Program-made: the position numbers and the translations under genes | Notes under the pieces: model-generated | What the model saw: the letters and a program-made list of their open reading frames with translations, nothing else | The model's database searches: none | Told to the model about the DNA's origin: nothing | Source of the DNA: a virus | Length of the DNA: 64,000 nucleotides | Direction: 5' to 3' (one strand) | IMG/VR virus record: IMGVR_UViG_3300009081_000009 | Location: 100,709 to 164,708 of that record | Shown here: positions 33,682 through 44,245 of the stretch, piece after piece | How positions within the stretch are numbered: the stretch's first letter is position 1 | Layout: each line of letters starts with the position of its first letter

Positions 33682-34083
33682 ATGGAAAATATTTTCTCTA
33701 CATTTAAAGATCCCGGTAAACACTGGGCAGACGATCCAACAAAATCGATGCTTTCTCATTTTTTGATAGAAATGTCATTAAATGATATTGATATAAAATA
33801 TTATGATTGGTTTGATGGATCAGAAATTACATATGATGAATTAGAAACAAAATACCCAGATAAGCCATATAAGACTCGATTTAGATGTATATTTACTAAT
33901 TTGAATGGTAAAATCGATTTATTTTTTGCTGCGTTATTGGTTAAATCGGTAAACATATGGAAATCCGAAAATATAATTCAACTAAAATTAATTCAATTAG
34001 TCGATACTGATTATTCACTATTTTTTCCATATATGAGATTGAGTCCAATATTAAGTAAACCTGATCTTATACTTTCTTATTAA
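33682..34083 (+). CDS. hypothetical protein
   Basis: Start moved to ATG downstream of the tRNA and TATATT. Confidence 0.6.
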   Translation: MENIFSTFKDPGKHWADDPTKSMLSHFLIEMSLNDIDIKYYDWFDGSEITYDELETKYPDKPYKTRFRCIFTNLNGKIDLFFAALLVKSVNIWKSENIIQLKLIQLVDTDYSLFFPYMRLSPILSKPDLILSY

Positions 34084-34100
34084 TATGCTATATTTATTGC

Positions 34101-34607
34101 ATGAGTAAACAATATGTAACATCGATAGATTATATGAAAGAAGTTATAATAACTTCTGATATGAGAAAAACAGCTAAATATATATCCGATCAATATAAAA
34201 ATAATTTAACTGATAGTATTAGGAACGGTGAAGGAACTTTCGCTGGTTCTCTTGGTGAGGAAATGGTATTAGCTGAATTCCCATTTGTACAAAGAGCAAA
34301 TACATATAATTTCGACTGTTTATTTGGTGATAAACGATTAGAAGTTAAAACTAAAGAACGTAGTGTTATGCCTCTTCCCCATTATGATGCAAGTGTGAAT
34401 AAAGTACATGGAAAGCAAAAAGCTGATTTTTATATATTCACATCAATATTAAAAAATTTTGAGCGTGGGTGGATTATAGGATATATAAAAACTGATACGT
34501 TTTGGGAACTAGCTGAATTAAAAACTGGACATGAATCTAATATGAAAAAACCATTTGCTGCAAATACGTATAATTTGCCTTATTGTCAGTTACTTAGTTT
34601 TAAATAA
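34101..34607 (+). CDS. PD-(D/E)xK nuclease-like protein
   Basis: LGEE, FDCLFGDKRLEVKTK, ADFYIF. Confidence 0.6.
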   Translation: MSKQYVTSIDYMKEVIITSDMRKTAKYISDQYKNNLTDSIRNGEGTFAGSLGEEMVLAEFPFVQRANTYNFDCLFGDKRLEVKTKERSVMPLPHYDASVNKVHGKQKADFYIFTSILKNFERGWIIGYIKTDTFWELAELKTGHESNMKKPFAANTYNLPYCQLLSFK

Positions 34608-34863
34608 TTTTTAATATAAACAACATATATGAAATTCGGTAAATTTATAGCAACCAAGCAACAAGACTTAAATACAGTCCCTGATACTAATATCATGGGT
34701 AATTATGCCTTCGAACAGTCAAATAGGCATATTTTAAAACGAGAGTCTGATAGTTTACCCACTCGACATGAAAACAATTGTTATACGAATTATGGTTCAC
34801 TTGATTCACTTTTTGATATTAATTAGAGTGTAATTTCATTATATAAAATTTATATTTGTATAT

Positions 34864-36117
34864 ATGAAATTTAGTATAATAACACCAACACATAATTTTA
34901 AATATATCCGTGAACTATATGAAACAATAGTAGCACAAACATATACAGACTGGGAATGGATAGTATATGTAAACGGAAAGGCTATACATGATAAATTGCC
35001 TGATGTAATACTTACCGATAATAGAGTAAAGGTATATAAAGATAAAACAAAAAATACTAAAATCGGTTATCTCAAACACGAAGCATTCAATTTAGGGACT
35101 GGTGATGTTCTAATTGAAATGGATCATGATGATTTGTTGCTTCCGAATTGTTTACAGCGTTTATATGATACATATAGTACAAATCCTGACGTTGGGTTTG
35201 TATCATCAGATGATGCGAGATTACAAACCAATTCTGAATTTGTGCCATTTTCTCCTGTGTTTGGTTGGAGACATTATAATTTAAAGTATAAAGATACCGA
35301 TTTGATCGTTATGGATGGGTTTGATATCGATGCTGCTACAATGGCATTTATATGGTACGCACCAGATCATGTAAGAACATGGAAATCGGATGTATATAAA
35401 TCATTAGGTGGTCATAATATTGATATGAAAGTATTAGATGATCATGAATTAATGATTCGTACATATCTAGTTACCAAATGTCATCATTTACATGAACCTC
35501 TATATGTATATCGTATAGATGGAAATAATACATATACAGAACCAGAAACATATAATGGAATTCAACGTGATACCGTTCAATTATTTTATAAATATGGGTA
35601 TCAGCTTGCCGAAAGAGATGCTGAATTAAGGGGATTATTAAAGGTTGATATTGGTGGTGGTATTGATGGAAAACCGGGATATTTGACTATAGATCAAGAA
35701 GGTGGTCAAATTACAGCGGATTTGAATGATGGGATTCCATTACCTGATAATTCGGTTGGAGTATTAAATGCGTCTCATATTTTAGAACATTTACATGATA
35801 AAACGAAAATAATGTCTGAAATTTATAGAGTTTTAGCTGATGGTGGATGGGCTATGATAGACGTTCCATCAACTGATGGAAGAGGAGCTTTCCAAGATCC
35901 TACTCATGTGAGTTATTGGAATCAGAACTCTTTCTTCTATTATACCCGTCAGGATCAAGCTAGATTCATACGGAATACAACTATTAGATTCCAAGAATTT
36001 AGGCTAGAAACCATATTTCCAAGCCAATGGTGGCAAGATAATAATATTCCAGTTACTGTTGCATGGCTTCGTGCAATTAAAAGTGATACTAGAAGAGCAC
36101 ACCATAAATTAATATAA
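34864..36117 (+). CDS. GT2 glycosyltransferase fused to SAM methyltransferase
   Basis: FSIITPTH, QTYTDWEW, MDHDD; VDIGGG, SHILEH, QDPTH. Confidence 0.85.
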   Translation: MKFSIITPTHNFKYIRELYETIVAQTYTDWEWIVYVNGKAIHDKLPDVILTDNRVKVYKDKTKNTKIGYLKHEAFNLGTGDVLIEMDHDDLLLPNCLQRLYDTYSTNPDVGFVSSDDARLQTNSEFVPFSPVFGWRHYNLKYKDTDLIVMDGFDIDAATMAFIWYAPDHVRTWKSDVYKSLGGHNIDMKVLDDHELMIRTYLVTKCHHLHEPLYVYRIDGNNTYTEPETYNGIQRDTVQLFYKYGYQLAERDAELRGLLKVDIGGGIDGKPGYLTIDQEGGQITADLNDGIPLPDNSVGVLNASHILEHLHDKTKIMSEIYRVLADGGWAMIDVPSTDGRGAFQDPTHVSYWNQNSFFYYTRQDQARFIRNTTIRFQEFRLETIFPSQWWQDNNIPVTVAWLRAIKSDTRRAHHKLI

Positions 36118-36304
36118 AGTCAAACGTATTAAGTTTATAAAAATCGTGTTATGATACTACATATGGTATATAAAATTATTTTTATAAACATCATATACTT
36201 TGAATAATAAAAATCAATTTAAAGTTTAATCAAAAAATTATTTACAAAATTACTAAAAAAGTAATGATTATTGTTATATTTATATAAAAGGAGTTATAAA
36301 AACA

Positions 36305-38878
36305 ATGTTACAGGAAATATCAAAAGAAGTATGGGAACACAACTATCGTGCGACTGGTGAAAATACACTAGAGGATACATGGAATCGTCAAGCAATTGCT
36401 GCTGCATCGGTTGAAAATGATACCAAACGAAAGCAAATCGAAGATGATTTTAAGTGGTTATTGAGTGATTTTAAGGGAATTGCTGGTGGTAGAATTACTG
36501 CTAATCTAGGTGTTGCTGGTAGAGAAGGTACTACACTGATGAATTGCTTCGTGCATAACCCACGAGATATTGGTTATAAAGATCCAGATAGTATTGCTGG
36601 TATATATGATATGCTGAAAGCACAAGCCCTTACATTAAAGTCTGAGGGTGGTTATGGAATGAATTTCTCGTGGATTCGTCCTGCTGGTATGTACGTTAGA
36701 GGTATTGCTTCACGTACTCCCGGTGTTGTTCAGATGATGAGTCTATGGAATCAAAGTTCTGCTGTTATTACAATGGGAAGTGATAAAATTTTAGGCGATG
36801 TTCATCCAGATGAAAAGAAAAAAATCCGTAAAGGTGCTCAAATGGGAGTACTCGAAATCTGGCATCCTGAAATAGAATCATTTATTGATGCAAAATTAGT
36901 ACAAGGCCAATTAAATAAATTTAATATTTCAGTTGGTATTACAGATGGATTTATGGATGCTGTAATGAATAATGCTGATTGGGATTTGAAATTTCCTGAT
37001 TCAACTGCTCCTCAATATAATGATGAATGGAATGGAAATATAGACGATTGGGAGTCTAAGGGATATCCTGTCACAGTGTATAAAACTGTAAAAGCTACCG
37101 AGCTTTGGGATAAGATCATGATGGCTACATACACCAGAAATGATCCGGGTGTGTTGTTCCTCGATTTAGCAAATAAATTAAATTCACTATCATATGCCGA
37201 AAAGATAGCAACTACAAATCCATGTGGTGAAATTGCTATGTCTACTGGTGTATGTAATTTGATGTCAATTAATCTTGTTAAATTTATCACTAAGGATGCT
37301 TCCGGTAAATTTGTATTTGATTATGCATCATTCTCAAAGGCAGTTTCGATTGCTGTTAGATTCTCTGATAATATTAATGATATTAGCCGAGCACCATTGG
37401 ATGAATATAAAGCATCCATGACTGAAAAACGCAGAATTGGTATTGGTATTCTTTCTCTCGGATCATTACATTATATTCTTGGTGTTAGATTTGGGTCTGC
37501 TCAATCTCTCGAATTGATTGAATCTATCATGAAGTGTAAAGCCGAAAGCGAAATTCGTGCAAGTGCATTACTTGGTGCCGAAAAGGGATCATTTAGTTTA
37601 TTCACGCCAGCCGAGTATTTTAATACATATTGGTGGAAGAATTTAGATTTGTCGAATGAATTCAAATCAGAAATTGAAGCCATTGGTGCAATGAGAAATT
37701 CACATAGAAGCGCAAATGCACCTACAGGTAACATGAGTATATACTGTGGTGTCGTTTCTGGTGGCATAGAACCCGTTTTCATGCAAGAGTACACCCGTTG
37801 GGCAATCGTACCAGAACATGACCGTGCAGAGCTTAGAAAGCAGGGTTTATTGTTCCCAGAAGCACCTAAAGGTGAATGGTTTGAAACTGATATTTTCAAG
37901 TTTACTAAAAAAGGAACTGATGATATTCTAAAGGGTAGCTTCAATGGAGTTGATTATGAGATTGATCGTGGTCGTGGACTCGTTAAGGCATCTCAGGTAG
38001 TTGATTATGGTTGGAAGTACGTTAAAGAAAATTTCAGTGAAGCTGAAATAAATGAAATGAAAGATAATGGTATATTCGCAACCACCGATGATTTGACAGT
38101 TTCTGATCACATCGAACCTTTGAAAATCATTGCTAAGTATACTGACATGTCTTCATCGAAAACTGTAAATCTTCCTGCTGATTATCCTTATGAAGAATTC
38201 AAAAATCTTTATTTAGATTCATGGAAGGCTGGTATTAAAGGTATCACCACATATCGTGCTGGTACTATGACTGCGGTTCTTGAAAAGAAGCAAGAAACCC
38301 AAGAACAGCAAGCAGTACTGGAAACTACATTCTTTGGTGCTAGTGAAGGTGTAATTCTTGAAGATGTTAAACTTCCTAACGAATATGTTAGTAAGGGATA
38401 TGTTATCAAGGATAAGAATAAGAAGAAATGGTATGTAAATATTGCATTTGCCGATCAAAGCATGACTCGTCCATTTGCATTGTTCGTTAATACCAATAGC
38501 AAAGAAAGTAGTGAAGTAACCGAAGATACAATTGAATCTATGATGAAATTAGCAAAGGCTAAAGGAATTAAGAAACAATTGATTGGTGATCAATTAGAAA
38601 AATATATTGGACAAACCAATGTTACTAAGATTGCCAGAAGTATCGGTTTCTTGCTTCGTCACAATATTCAAGTTATCGACATTGTTGATATATTGGATGA
38701 GGGTAACTATCCAATCTCATCATTCACATTCCATATTAAGAGACTGTTGAAGCAGTTTGTTAAGGATGGAACGATGGTCTCTGGAAAGAATGGTACATGT
38801 CCTCATTGTGGTGGAACTATGATCTTCCAAGAAGGTTGTATCCTCTGCAAAGATTGCTCATACAGCAAGTGTGGATAA
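36305..38878 (+). CDS. nrdJ: class II (adenosylcobalamin-dependent) ribonucleotide reductase
   Basis: TNPCGE, VCNLMSINL, APTG, KGITTYR, C-terminal CPHCG..EGCILCKDCSYSKCG; no beta subunit adjacent. Confidence 0.88.
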   Translation: MLQEISKEVWEHNYRATGENTLEDTWNRQAIAAASVENDTKRKQIEDDFKWLLSDFKGIAGGRITANLGVAGREGTTLMNCFVHNPRDIGYKDPDSIAGIYDMLKAQALTLKSEGGYGMNFSWIRPAGMYVRGIASRTPGVVQMMSLWNQSSAVITMGSDKILGDVHPDEKKKIRKGAQMGVLEIWHPEIESFIDAKLVQGQLNKFNISVGITDGFMDAVMNNADWDLKFPDSTAPQYNDEWNGNIDDWESKGYPVTVYKTVKATELWDKIMMATYTRNDPGVLFLDLANKLNSLSYAEKIATTNPCGEIAMSTGVCNLMSINLVKFITKDASGKFVFDYASFSKAVSIAVRFSDNINDISRAPLDEYKASMTEKRRIGIGILSLGSLHYILGVRFGSAQSLELIESIMKCKAESEIRASALLGAEKGSFSLFTPAEYFNTYWWKNLDLSNEFKSEIEAIGAMRNSHRSANAPTGNMSIYCGVVSGGIEPVFMQEYTRWAIVPEHDRAELRKQGLLFPEAPKGEWFETDIFKFTKKGTDDILKGSFNGVDYEIDRGRGLVKASQVVDYGWKYVKENFSEAEINEMKDNGIFATTDDLTVSDHIEPLKIIAKYTDMSSSKTVNLPADYPYEEFKNLYLDSWKAGIKGITTYRAGTMTAVLEKKQETQEQQAVLETTFFGASEGVILEDVKLPNEYVSKGYVIKDKNKKKWYVNIAFADQSMTRPFALFVNTNSKESSEVTEDTIESMMKLAKAKGIKKQLIGDQLEKYIGQTNVTKIARSIGFLLRHNIQVIDIVDILDEGNYPISSFTFHIKRLLKQFVKDGTMVSGKNGTCPHCGGTMIFQEGCILCKDCSYSKCG

Positions 38879-38882
38879 AAAT

Positions 38883-38912
38883 AAAAACCCTCTCGATAAG
38901 AGAGGGTTTTTT
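38883..38912. terminator. bidirectional intrinsic terminator
   Basis: aaaaaccctctc-gataa-gagagggtttttt. Confidence 0.85.
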
Positions 38913-38913
38913 G

Positions 38914-39762
38914 TTAATCATTATATAGATCTCTATTAAACATTCCACAGGATGAACCTACGTCTCTTCCGGGTGGATCATAGAATTCTACTATGTTATT
39001 TTTAAATATACTGCGGATTAATTCATTATCTAATTGAGTTTTCTTGCATCCATTATATTCACTTAGAGTTAAGAATTTAACTGTCGCACCATCGTTACTA
39101 ATGAGTGCATTGAATGACTTTAATTCATTTATGCTATCATTAACTCCATCCACTAGAGTGTAATGATATTCAATCGGATTTTTAGTATGTCTATGAAACA
39201 GGTGCATGTAATCAATAGCACTATATGCATTTACACTGAGATGTATAATTTCTTCTCGATTAAAAATACCATGTACAGATAAATGCAATTTAATTCTAAT
39301 ATCAGGATGTTCTAATGACCACTTAGTCAGGCTAGTTATAGCTGATACATTTGGTAGGATTGTGGATATACCAAATCGTATATTATCATACTTGTCGTAT
39401 AAGGATTCTATAGATCCAAGCAATCCTGTGAGATTCATTAATGGCTCACCCACTCCCATATAACTGATTAACAAATCTTTAGATCTATTGTGGAGGTGTT
39501 CAATATCGATTAAGTGATCTACCACGGAAACCAACCACTCAATTGATAGATTCTTTGATGGACGAGTGGTTCCTTTAAGATGACAAAACGTACATCCCAT
39601 TTTACAGTTTGTTTGAGTTGGTATGCAAAAAACAATTTTATCGTTTTTGCGAATTACGGAAACTTCATTTTTTCCGAATACTTCATCCTCTAATATATAC
39701 TTAGTTACATCATCTATGGATGAATTAATCTGCTCAATCGTTGTGAATTGTATATTTGTCAT
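38914..39762 (-). CDS. RlmN/Cfr-like radical SAM methyltransferase
   Basis: CKMGCTFC, MGVGEPLMN, LSVH, GVNDS, GRDVGSSCG. Confidence 0.8.
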   Translation of the reverse strand: MTNIQFTTIEQINSSIDDVTKYILEDEVFGKNEVSVIRKNDKIVFCIPTQTNCKMGCTFCHLKGTTRPSKNLSIEWLVSVVDHLIDIEHLHNRSKDLLISYMGVGEPLMNLTGLLGSIESLYDKYDNIRFGISTILPNVSAITSLTKWSLEHPDIRIKLHLSVHGIFNREEIIHLSVNAYSAIDYMHLFHRHTKNPIEYHYTLVDGVNDSINELKSFNALISNDGATVKFLTLSEYNGCKKTQLDNELIRSIFKNNIVEFYDPPGRDVGSSCGMFNRDLYND

Positions 39763-39772
39763 TATGTTTCCT

Positions 39773-40339
39773 TCAATCCTTTGTCCTATTAAGTACATTA
39801 ATGATAGCATCTCGTAGATTGATATCTTCGTCTTGTAGGGCTTCGCGTAATGTATCCCTTACCTCTTTCATGCACATACTAGCCTTTGGTAATATAGTTG
39901 ATATATCAACATCACCATTTCCAGTTACTGTATTATTGCCAATAATCGCGTGGTAACTCTTTTTCTGATATATAATAGTTTCTAATGTATGATAGTCTCC
40001 CCAATCCCCATCATAATTAGATACCTCTTCAATTAAATCATTGAGTTCATCCATATCGGCATTCAATCGACGAGTAGATACAATATCATTATCCCTATTG
40101 GTTACAATACAGATTATATTTGTTTCTGATGCTTTTACTAGTGCATCAATATCCGAATCATCACTACTGAGATACTCAATATCACAAAAATGAATATCAG
40201 GATACTCTTTACTTAGATCCTCTGTTGATGGATCTGTTTTTCCTGATCCGTTACAGATAGTACATGCGATTGTACATCCGCGCTTGTCCTTTCCGTGATT
40301 ACCAACACCATCACAACTTGCACAACTGACTTTTTTCAT
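39773..40339 (-). CDS. hypothetical protein with DnaJ-like CxxCxGxG zinc finger
   Basis: CASCDGVG and CTICNGSG. Confidence 0.65.
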   Translation of the reverse strand: MKKVSCASCDGVGNHGKDKRGCTIACTICNGSGKTDPSTEDLSKEYPDIHFCDIEYLSSDDSDIDALVKASETNIICIVTNRDNDIVSTRRLNADMDELNDLIEEVSNYDGDWGDYHTLETIIYQKKSYHAIIGNNTVTGNGDVDISTILPKASMCMKEVRDTLREALQDEDINLRDAIINVLNRTKD

Positions 40340-40340
40340 T

Positions 40341-40769
40341 TCATATTTCCTTGGTTGTATTTATTTCATCTATTACTATATAGGGTACTGGCTGAACAAC
40401 ATGAAATCCAACACTTTTACCATTTATAATAAGATGCTGTAGTGGCATATTGACTCGTTTAGTAATTAGTTCTTCAAGTGAATCACAACCAACCTCGTGG
40501 TGGTTCCATGGCTCACCTGTACGCCAAAACATTCCAATGTGTGAGTAACTGTCTAGCAGTTCAACATGGTCTCGTTTGAATAGCATCCAGAGAATGTTGT
40601 AGCTATGTGTGTTTTCCTTATGTGCCTGTGATACATTAGGATACTTAGTCTTGATAGTATCAAATGATAGGCGATCCTTTTTATCATCACTTTTAAATTT
40701 CTTGCGTAACAAGAAAATCGTAACAATCAGAAGCACAAATCCTATCAGTGTGGTTGTTAAGTCACTCAT
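40341..40769 (-). CDS. membrane-anchored hypothetical protein
   Basis: Hydrophobic N-terminus. Confidence 0.6.
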   Translation of the reverse strand: MSDLTTTLIGFVLLIVTIFLLRKKFKSDDKKDRLSFDTIKTKYPNVSQAHKENTHSYNILWMLFKRDHVELLDSYSHIGMFWRTGEPWNHHEVGCDSLEELITKRVNMPLQHLIINGKSVGFHVVQPVPYIVIDEINTTKEI

Positions 40770-40798
40770 ATATTCATTTCCTTATATTCAGCCTAATG

Positions 40799-41059
40799 TC
40801 AGCCCCAAGCGATTCCGGTAAAATCTCGCGGTTCTTTTTGCAACTCATATATAGAATTTTGGGTTTCCGCAATTCCAAGTTCAAAATCAATCTTTACAAT
40901 ACGACTCGTCCTTACAATTCGTCCTTGTTGATACTGATCGCTTACTCCACATACAGAATACCAATACTGAGGCTGTCCTGTTGGATTCATTGATAAGGGA
41001 ACCGCATTTTTTTCAATTGTCCAGTTCCAAATTTTATACTTTGTTTTTTCGCTTGTCAT
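40799..41059 (-). CDS. hypothetical protein
   Basis: 86 aa, VRTSRIVKI..AETQNSIYEL. Confidence 0.6.
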   Translation of the reverse strand: MTSEKTKYKIWNWTIEKNAVPLSMNPTGQPQYWYSVCGVSDQYQQGRIVRTSRIVKIDFELGIAETQNSIYELQKEPRDFTGIAWG

Positions 41060-41200
41060 ATATTCTCATGTATGTTAGATTGTTACTCTAGAAACTTAGC
41101 TATAACCTATATAATGTAGAATTATTGAATTGAAATGTCAAGTGAACTATGTTATATTGTCTAAATTACTATCATATAGCCTAAAAAACCTAAAATATGA

Positions 41201-41258
41201 AACTTTTTTATCAAAAAGATAAAAAGTTATTGTCATTTTGAAAAAAAGTATCTATATT
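41201..41258 (+). promoter_or_regulatory. candidate NrtR operator plus promoter of pncB
   Basis: aacttttttATCaaaaaGATaaaaagtt palindrome abutting TTGTCA-17nt-TATATT. Confidence 0.65.
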
Positions 41259-41288
41259 AGTAGTAAGCATTAAACAAAGGTGGTCATA

Positions 41289-42527
41289 ATGAGTGCTAAG
41301 AATACAGTAGATAATCTAAAAAACGTGTATGTCACCAAACCCGGAGAGCGTATTATTCCGAGTTTGACGTATTGTGACTTATACAAACTCACAATGCTTC
41401 AATTCTATATCAACAACTTTCCTGATATTCAGGCGGTATATGATTTGAAGGTTCGTTCGGATTTTGATTTCGCTCCATTTATTAATGAAATCAATTATCA
41501 ACTTGATCTACTTTGTGAATTGAAATTCACTGAGTATGAATTGACACAGCTTGCTGAGATTTATTTCTTCAAGAAAAACTTCATTGATTTCCTTCGTGGA
41601 TTTAGCATGAATCGCAAGTACATTCATGCATATGTGGATCAGATTGATGGAAAGTTCAAATGTTATTCCACTGGCCCTCTTACTCAGGCAAGCATGGCTG
41701 AGATTTATACACTTACAATTCTTCAAGAAATTCGTACTCGTGAAGAGTTGACTGATGACAATTTCATCAAGGGTGAAGAGATTCTTACTGACAATATCAA
41801 TAAGATTAATGAATTCTCTAAGCATAAGCCATTCAAGGTATCTGATTTCTCTTGCCGTCGAGCAGCATCGGTTCGTTGGTTGGATCATGTGATTGATCGC
41901 ATGCATAAAGAAGTAAGTAGCCGTAATTTTACGGGAACCTCTTGCGTTTATTATGCATTGAAGTATAATATTACCCCAATTGGTACAATGGCACACGAAG
42001 CCATGATGCTAGGCCAAGCAATGACTCATCCATTTGATTCCCAAGAATTTATTCTGGAAACATGGGCAAAGGAATATCGAGGAAATCTTGGTATTGCATT
42101 GAGTGATACCTTTGGTGCAAAGTATTTCATTAAGAAAGTATTCCATAAGGGATTTGCATTGCAGTTCACTGGTGTTCGCCATGATTCTGGTGATCCATTC
42201 CAGTTCGGTGAAGACATCATTGAAATGTATCAGCGATATTCCATCAATCCAATGTTGAAAACCATTGTATTCAGTGATGGATTGACTGTGGAGAAGGCAT
42301 TTAAGTTGTGTGAACATTTCAATGGACGCATCGATACATCGTATGGCATTGGCACTAATCTTGGAAATGCAATGGGTATTCCTGCATTGCAGATCGTGAT
42401 GAAGATGGTTGAAGCCAATGGCAAGCCTGTAGCGAAGGTTTCTGATAGCACTGGTAAAGGCATGTGCCGTCAAGAGATCTACGAGAGTTTTATTAAGGAA
42501 CATATCAATAGCATTATTGCTGATTAA
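41289..42527 (+). CDS. pncB: nicotinate phosphoribosyltransferase
   Basis: DLYKLTM, DFSCRR, GTMAHE, GVRHDSGDP, IVFSDGL, GIGTNL, IVMKM. Confidence 0.93.
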   Translation: MSAKNTVDNLKNVYVTKPGERIIPSLTYCDLYKLTMLQFYINNFPDIQAVYDLKVRSDFDFAPFINEINYQLDLLCELKFTEYELTQLAEIYFFKKNFIDFLRGFSMNRKYIHAYVDQIDGKFKCYSTGPLTQASMAEIYTLTILQEIRTREELTDDNFIKGEEILTDNINKINEFSKHKPFKVSDFSCRRAASVRWLDHVIDRMHKEVSSRNFTGTSCVYYALKYNITPIGTMAHEAMMLGQAMTHPFDSQEFILETWAKEYRGNLGIALSDTFGAKYFIKKVFHKGFALQFTGVRHDSGDPFQFGEDIIEMYQRYSINPMLKTIVFSDGLTVEKAFKLCEHFNGRIDTSYGIGTNLGNAMGIPALQIVMKMVEANGKPVAKVSDSTGKGMCRQEIYESFIKEHINSIIAD

Positions 42528-42542
42528 CTGACGAGGTATTTT

Positions 42543-43211
42543 GTGCTTACTAGATTATATATAAATACGACAAATAAATGTACAACGAATTGCAGTTTCT
42601 GTTGCATGAGTTCTGGGAAGCACAAAAATACTTTCATGTCATTTAATACATTCAAGGATATTATTGATTCCTGTTCAAGTGAGTTCGAATTGCAACTTGA
42701 AGGTGGCGAACCATTATTGCATCGAGATCTATATCTATTTTTGTGGTATGCTCACTCTACGCAGAGATGTAAGCGTGTAATTATTACAACTAATGGAATG
42801 TTGCTTCGTACTCACATTGAACCTCTTATTTGGTTTGCGTCACATACAAATATTAAGGTATTAATTAAACGCAGTATTAATTATCATCTTATTAATGAAA
42901 ATAAGAATCTATTGAAAGAATGCCGTGATATGCATTTGGCTACTGAGTTCATTGATATTTTTGATATTCGATTTAACGTTAGATTGCGTCATGGTGACGA
43001 AGAGCTTATTGAATTATTGAAACTTAATAAGATTTTTGATCAATCAGATGTGTATTACTTACAGTCATATGGAAAACTGGAAGATAATACTGAATACGAA
43101 AAGCCTGTAATTAAACAGAACGTGGATGCGTGGTTCCTATATTCATGTGATGGTGCAAATTTTGGAACTGATTTAGTTGCTCGTGCAAATCACGAAAAGG
43201 ATCTACAATGA
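42543..43211 (+). CDS. radical SAM protein
   Basis: CTTNCSFC, GGEPLLH, TTNG. Confidence 0.85.
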   Translation: MLTRLYINTTNKCTTNCSFCCMSSGKHKNTFMSFNTFKDIIDSCSSEFELQLEGGEPLLHRDLYLFLWYAHSTQRCKRVIITTNGMLLRTHIEPLIWFASHTNIKVLIKRSINYHLINENKNLLKECRDMHLATEFIDIFDIRFNVRLRHGDEELIELLKLNKIFDQSDVYYLQSYGKLEDNTEYEKPVIKQNVDAWFLYSCDGANFGTDLVARANHEKDLQ

Positions 43212-44239
43212 AAACTCTAAAATTTCAACCTCTCAGAGAACGCAGACAGGAATGTCATAATCTGGAAGATTATACACTAACTCCATTCACCTTTGGTGAT
43301 ATATCAAAGAATGTATATAGCAATGTAAACCTATCTATATTCACGGATGATTTCTGTAATGCGGATTGTAAGTTTTGTGTTGCGCAACTTCGATATGAAA
43401 ATCGTGGACAATTATATAAGAAAGATAAAATTGTATCTGATGATGAATATTTCGAACGATTGGATTATGTGTTGAAATATCTACAGCCATTAAATCCAAG
43501 TGTGTCTATTACTGGTGGAGAGCCAACCAAAAGTAAGCGTCTTCCTGAAATCCTTCGTCTTATTAATAAATATAATTATCGTAAGAGAACACTTACGACT
43601 AACGGAAGTGGATTGTTGGATAAGATGGAAGATAAACTTGTTATTCAGCATATTACTGATAATAAATTTTCACATCTGAATATCAGCAAGGCTCATTATG
43701 ATGATACTATTAATAATGGGATTATGAAGTTTGCTACTGGTTCGTTTACTAACGCAATGCTGGAAACTATCGTACAATACTCCCTTGCTAATGGGCTTCG
43801 TCCACGTATGAGTTGTGTCTTGTTGGAATCTGGTATCTCCAATATCGATGAGATGATTAAGTACATGGAATATTATCAGGATATCGGAATTGATAATGTT
43901 ATTTTCCGTGAACTTATGGATTATGATAAAGATAAGACATTAAATAAAGAAAAGATGGATTTCTGTCGTGCTAATAAAATCAAATTAGCTGATGTATGGT
44001 CGAAGATTGATGAAGATCCTCGATTCACACCCATTAGAAATTTGATGGGATACTATTATTATGTAGAAGTCTACAAATATCAGAATGTTGATATGTGTTC
44101 GGAAGGTGCAAATCTTGTTAAGCTATATGATGAAAAAGCTAAACATGCTGATACTGTATATGAAATGGTGTTTCACCCAAATGGAAACCTAAATGGCTCG
44201 TGGGTTGAAGATGAAGATGTGTTGCTTAAATATATGTGA
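43208..44239 (+). CDS. radical SAM protein
   Basis: CNADCKFC, TGGEPT, TTNGS. Confidence 0.85.
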   Translation: MKTLKFQPLRERRQECHNLEDYTLTPFTFGDISKNVYSNVNLSIFTDDFCNADCKFCVAQLRYENRGQLYKKDKIVSDDEYFERLDYVLKYLQPLNPSVSITGGEPTKSKRLPEILRLINKYNYRKRTLTTNGSGLLDKMEDKLVIQHITDNKFSHLNISKAHYDDTINNGIMKFATGSFTNAMLETIVQYSLANGLRPRMSCVLLESGISNIDEMIKYMEYYQDIGIDNVIFRELMDYDKDKTLNKEKMDFCRANKIKLADVWSKIDEDPRFTPIRNLMGYYYYVEVYKYQNVDMCSEGANLVKLYDEKAKHADTVYEMVFHPNGNLNGSWVEDEDVLLKYM

Positions 44240-44245
44240 GGATAT

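Noticed and set aside
36305-38878. Intein or intron in nrdJ (also considered for terminase and thyA)
   Set aside because: ORFs are continuous and of ordinary length, with no splicing motifs seen
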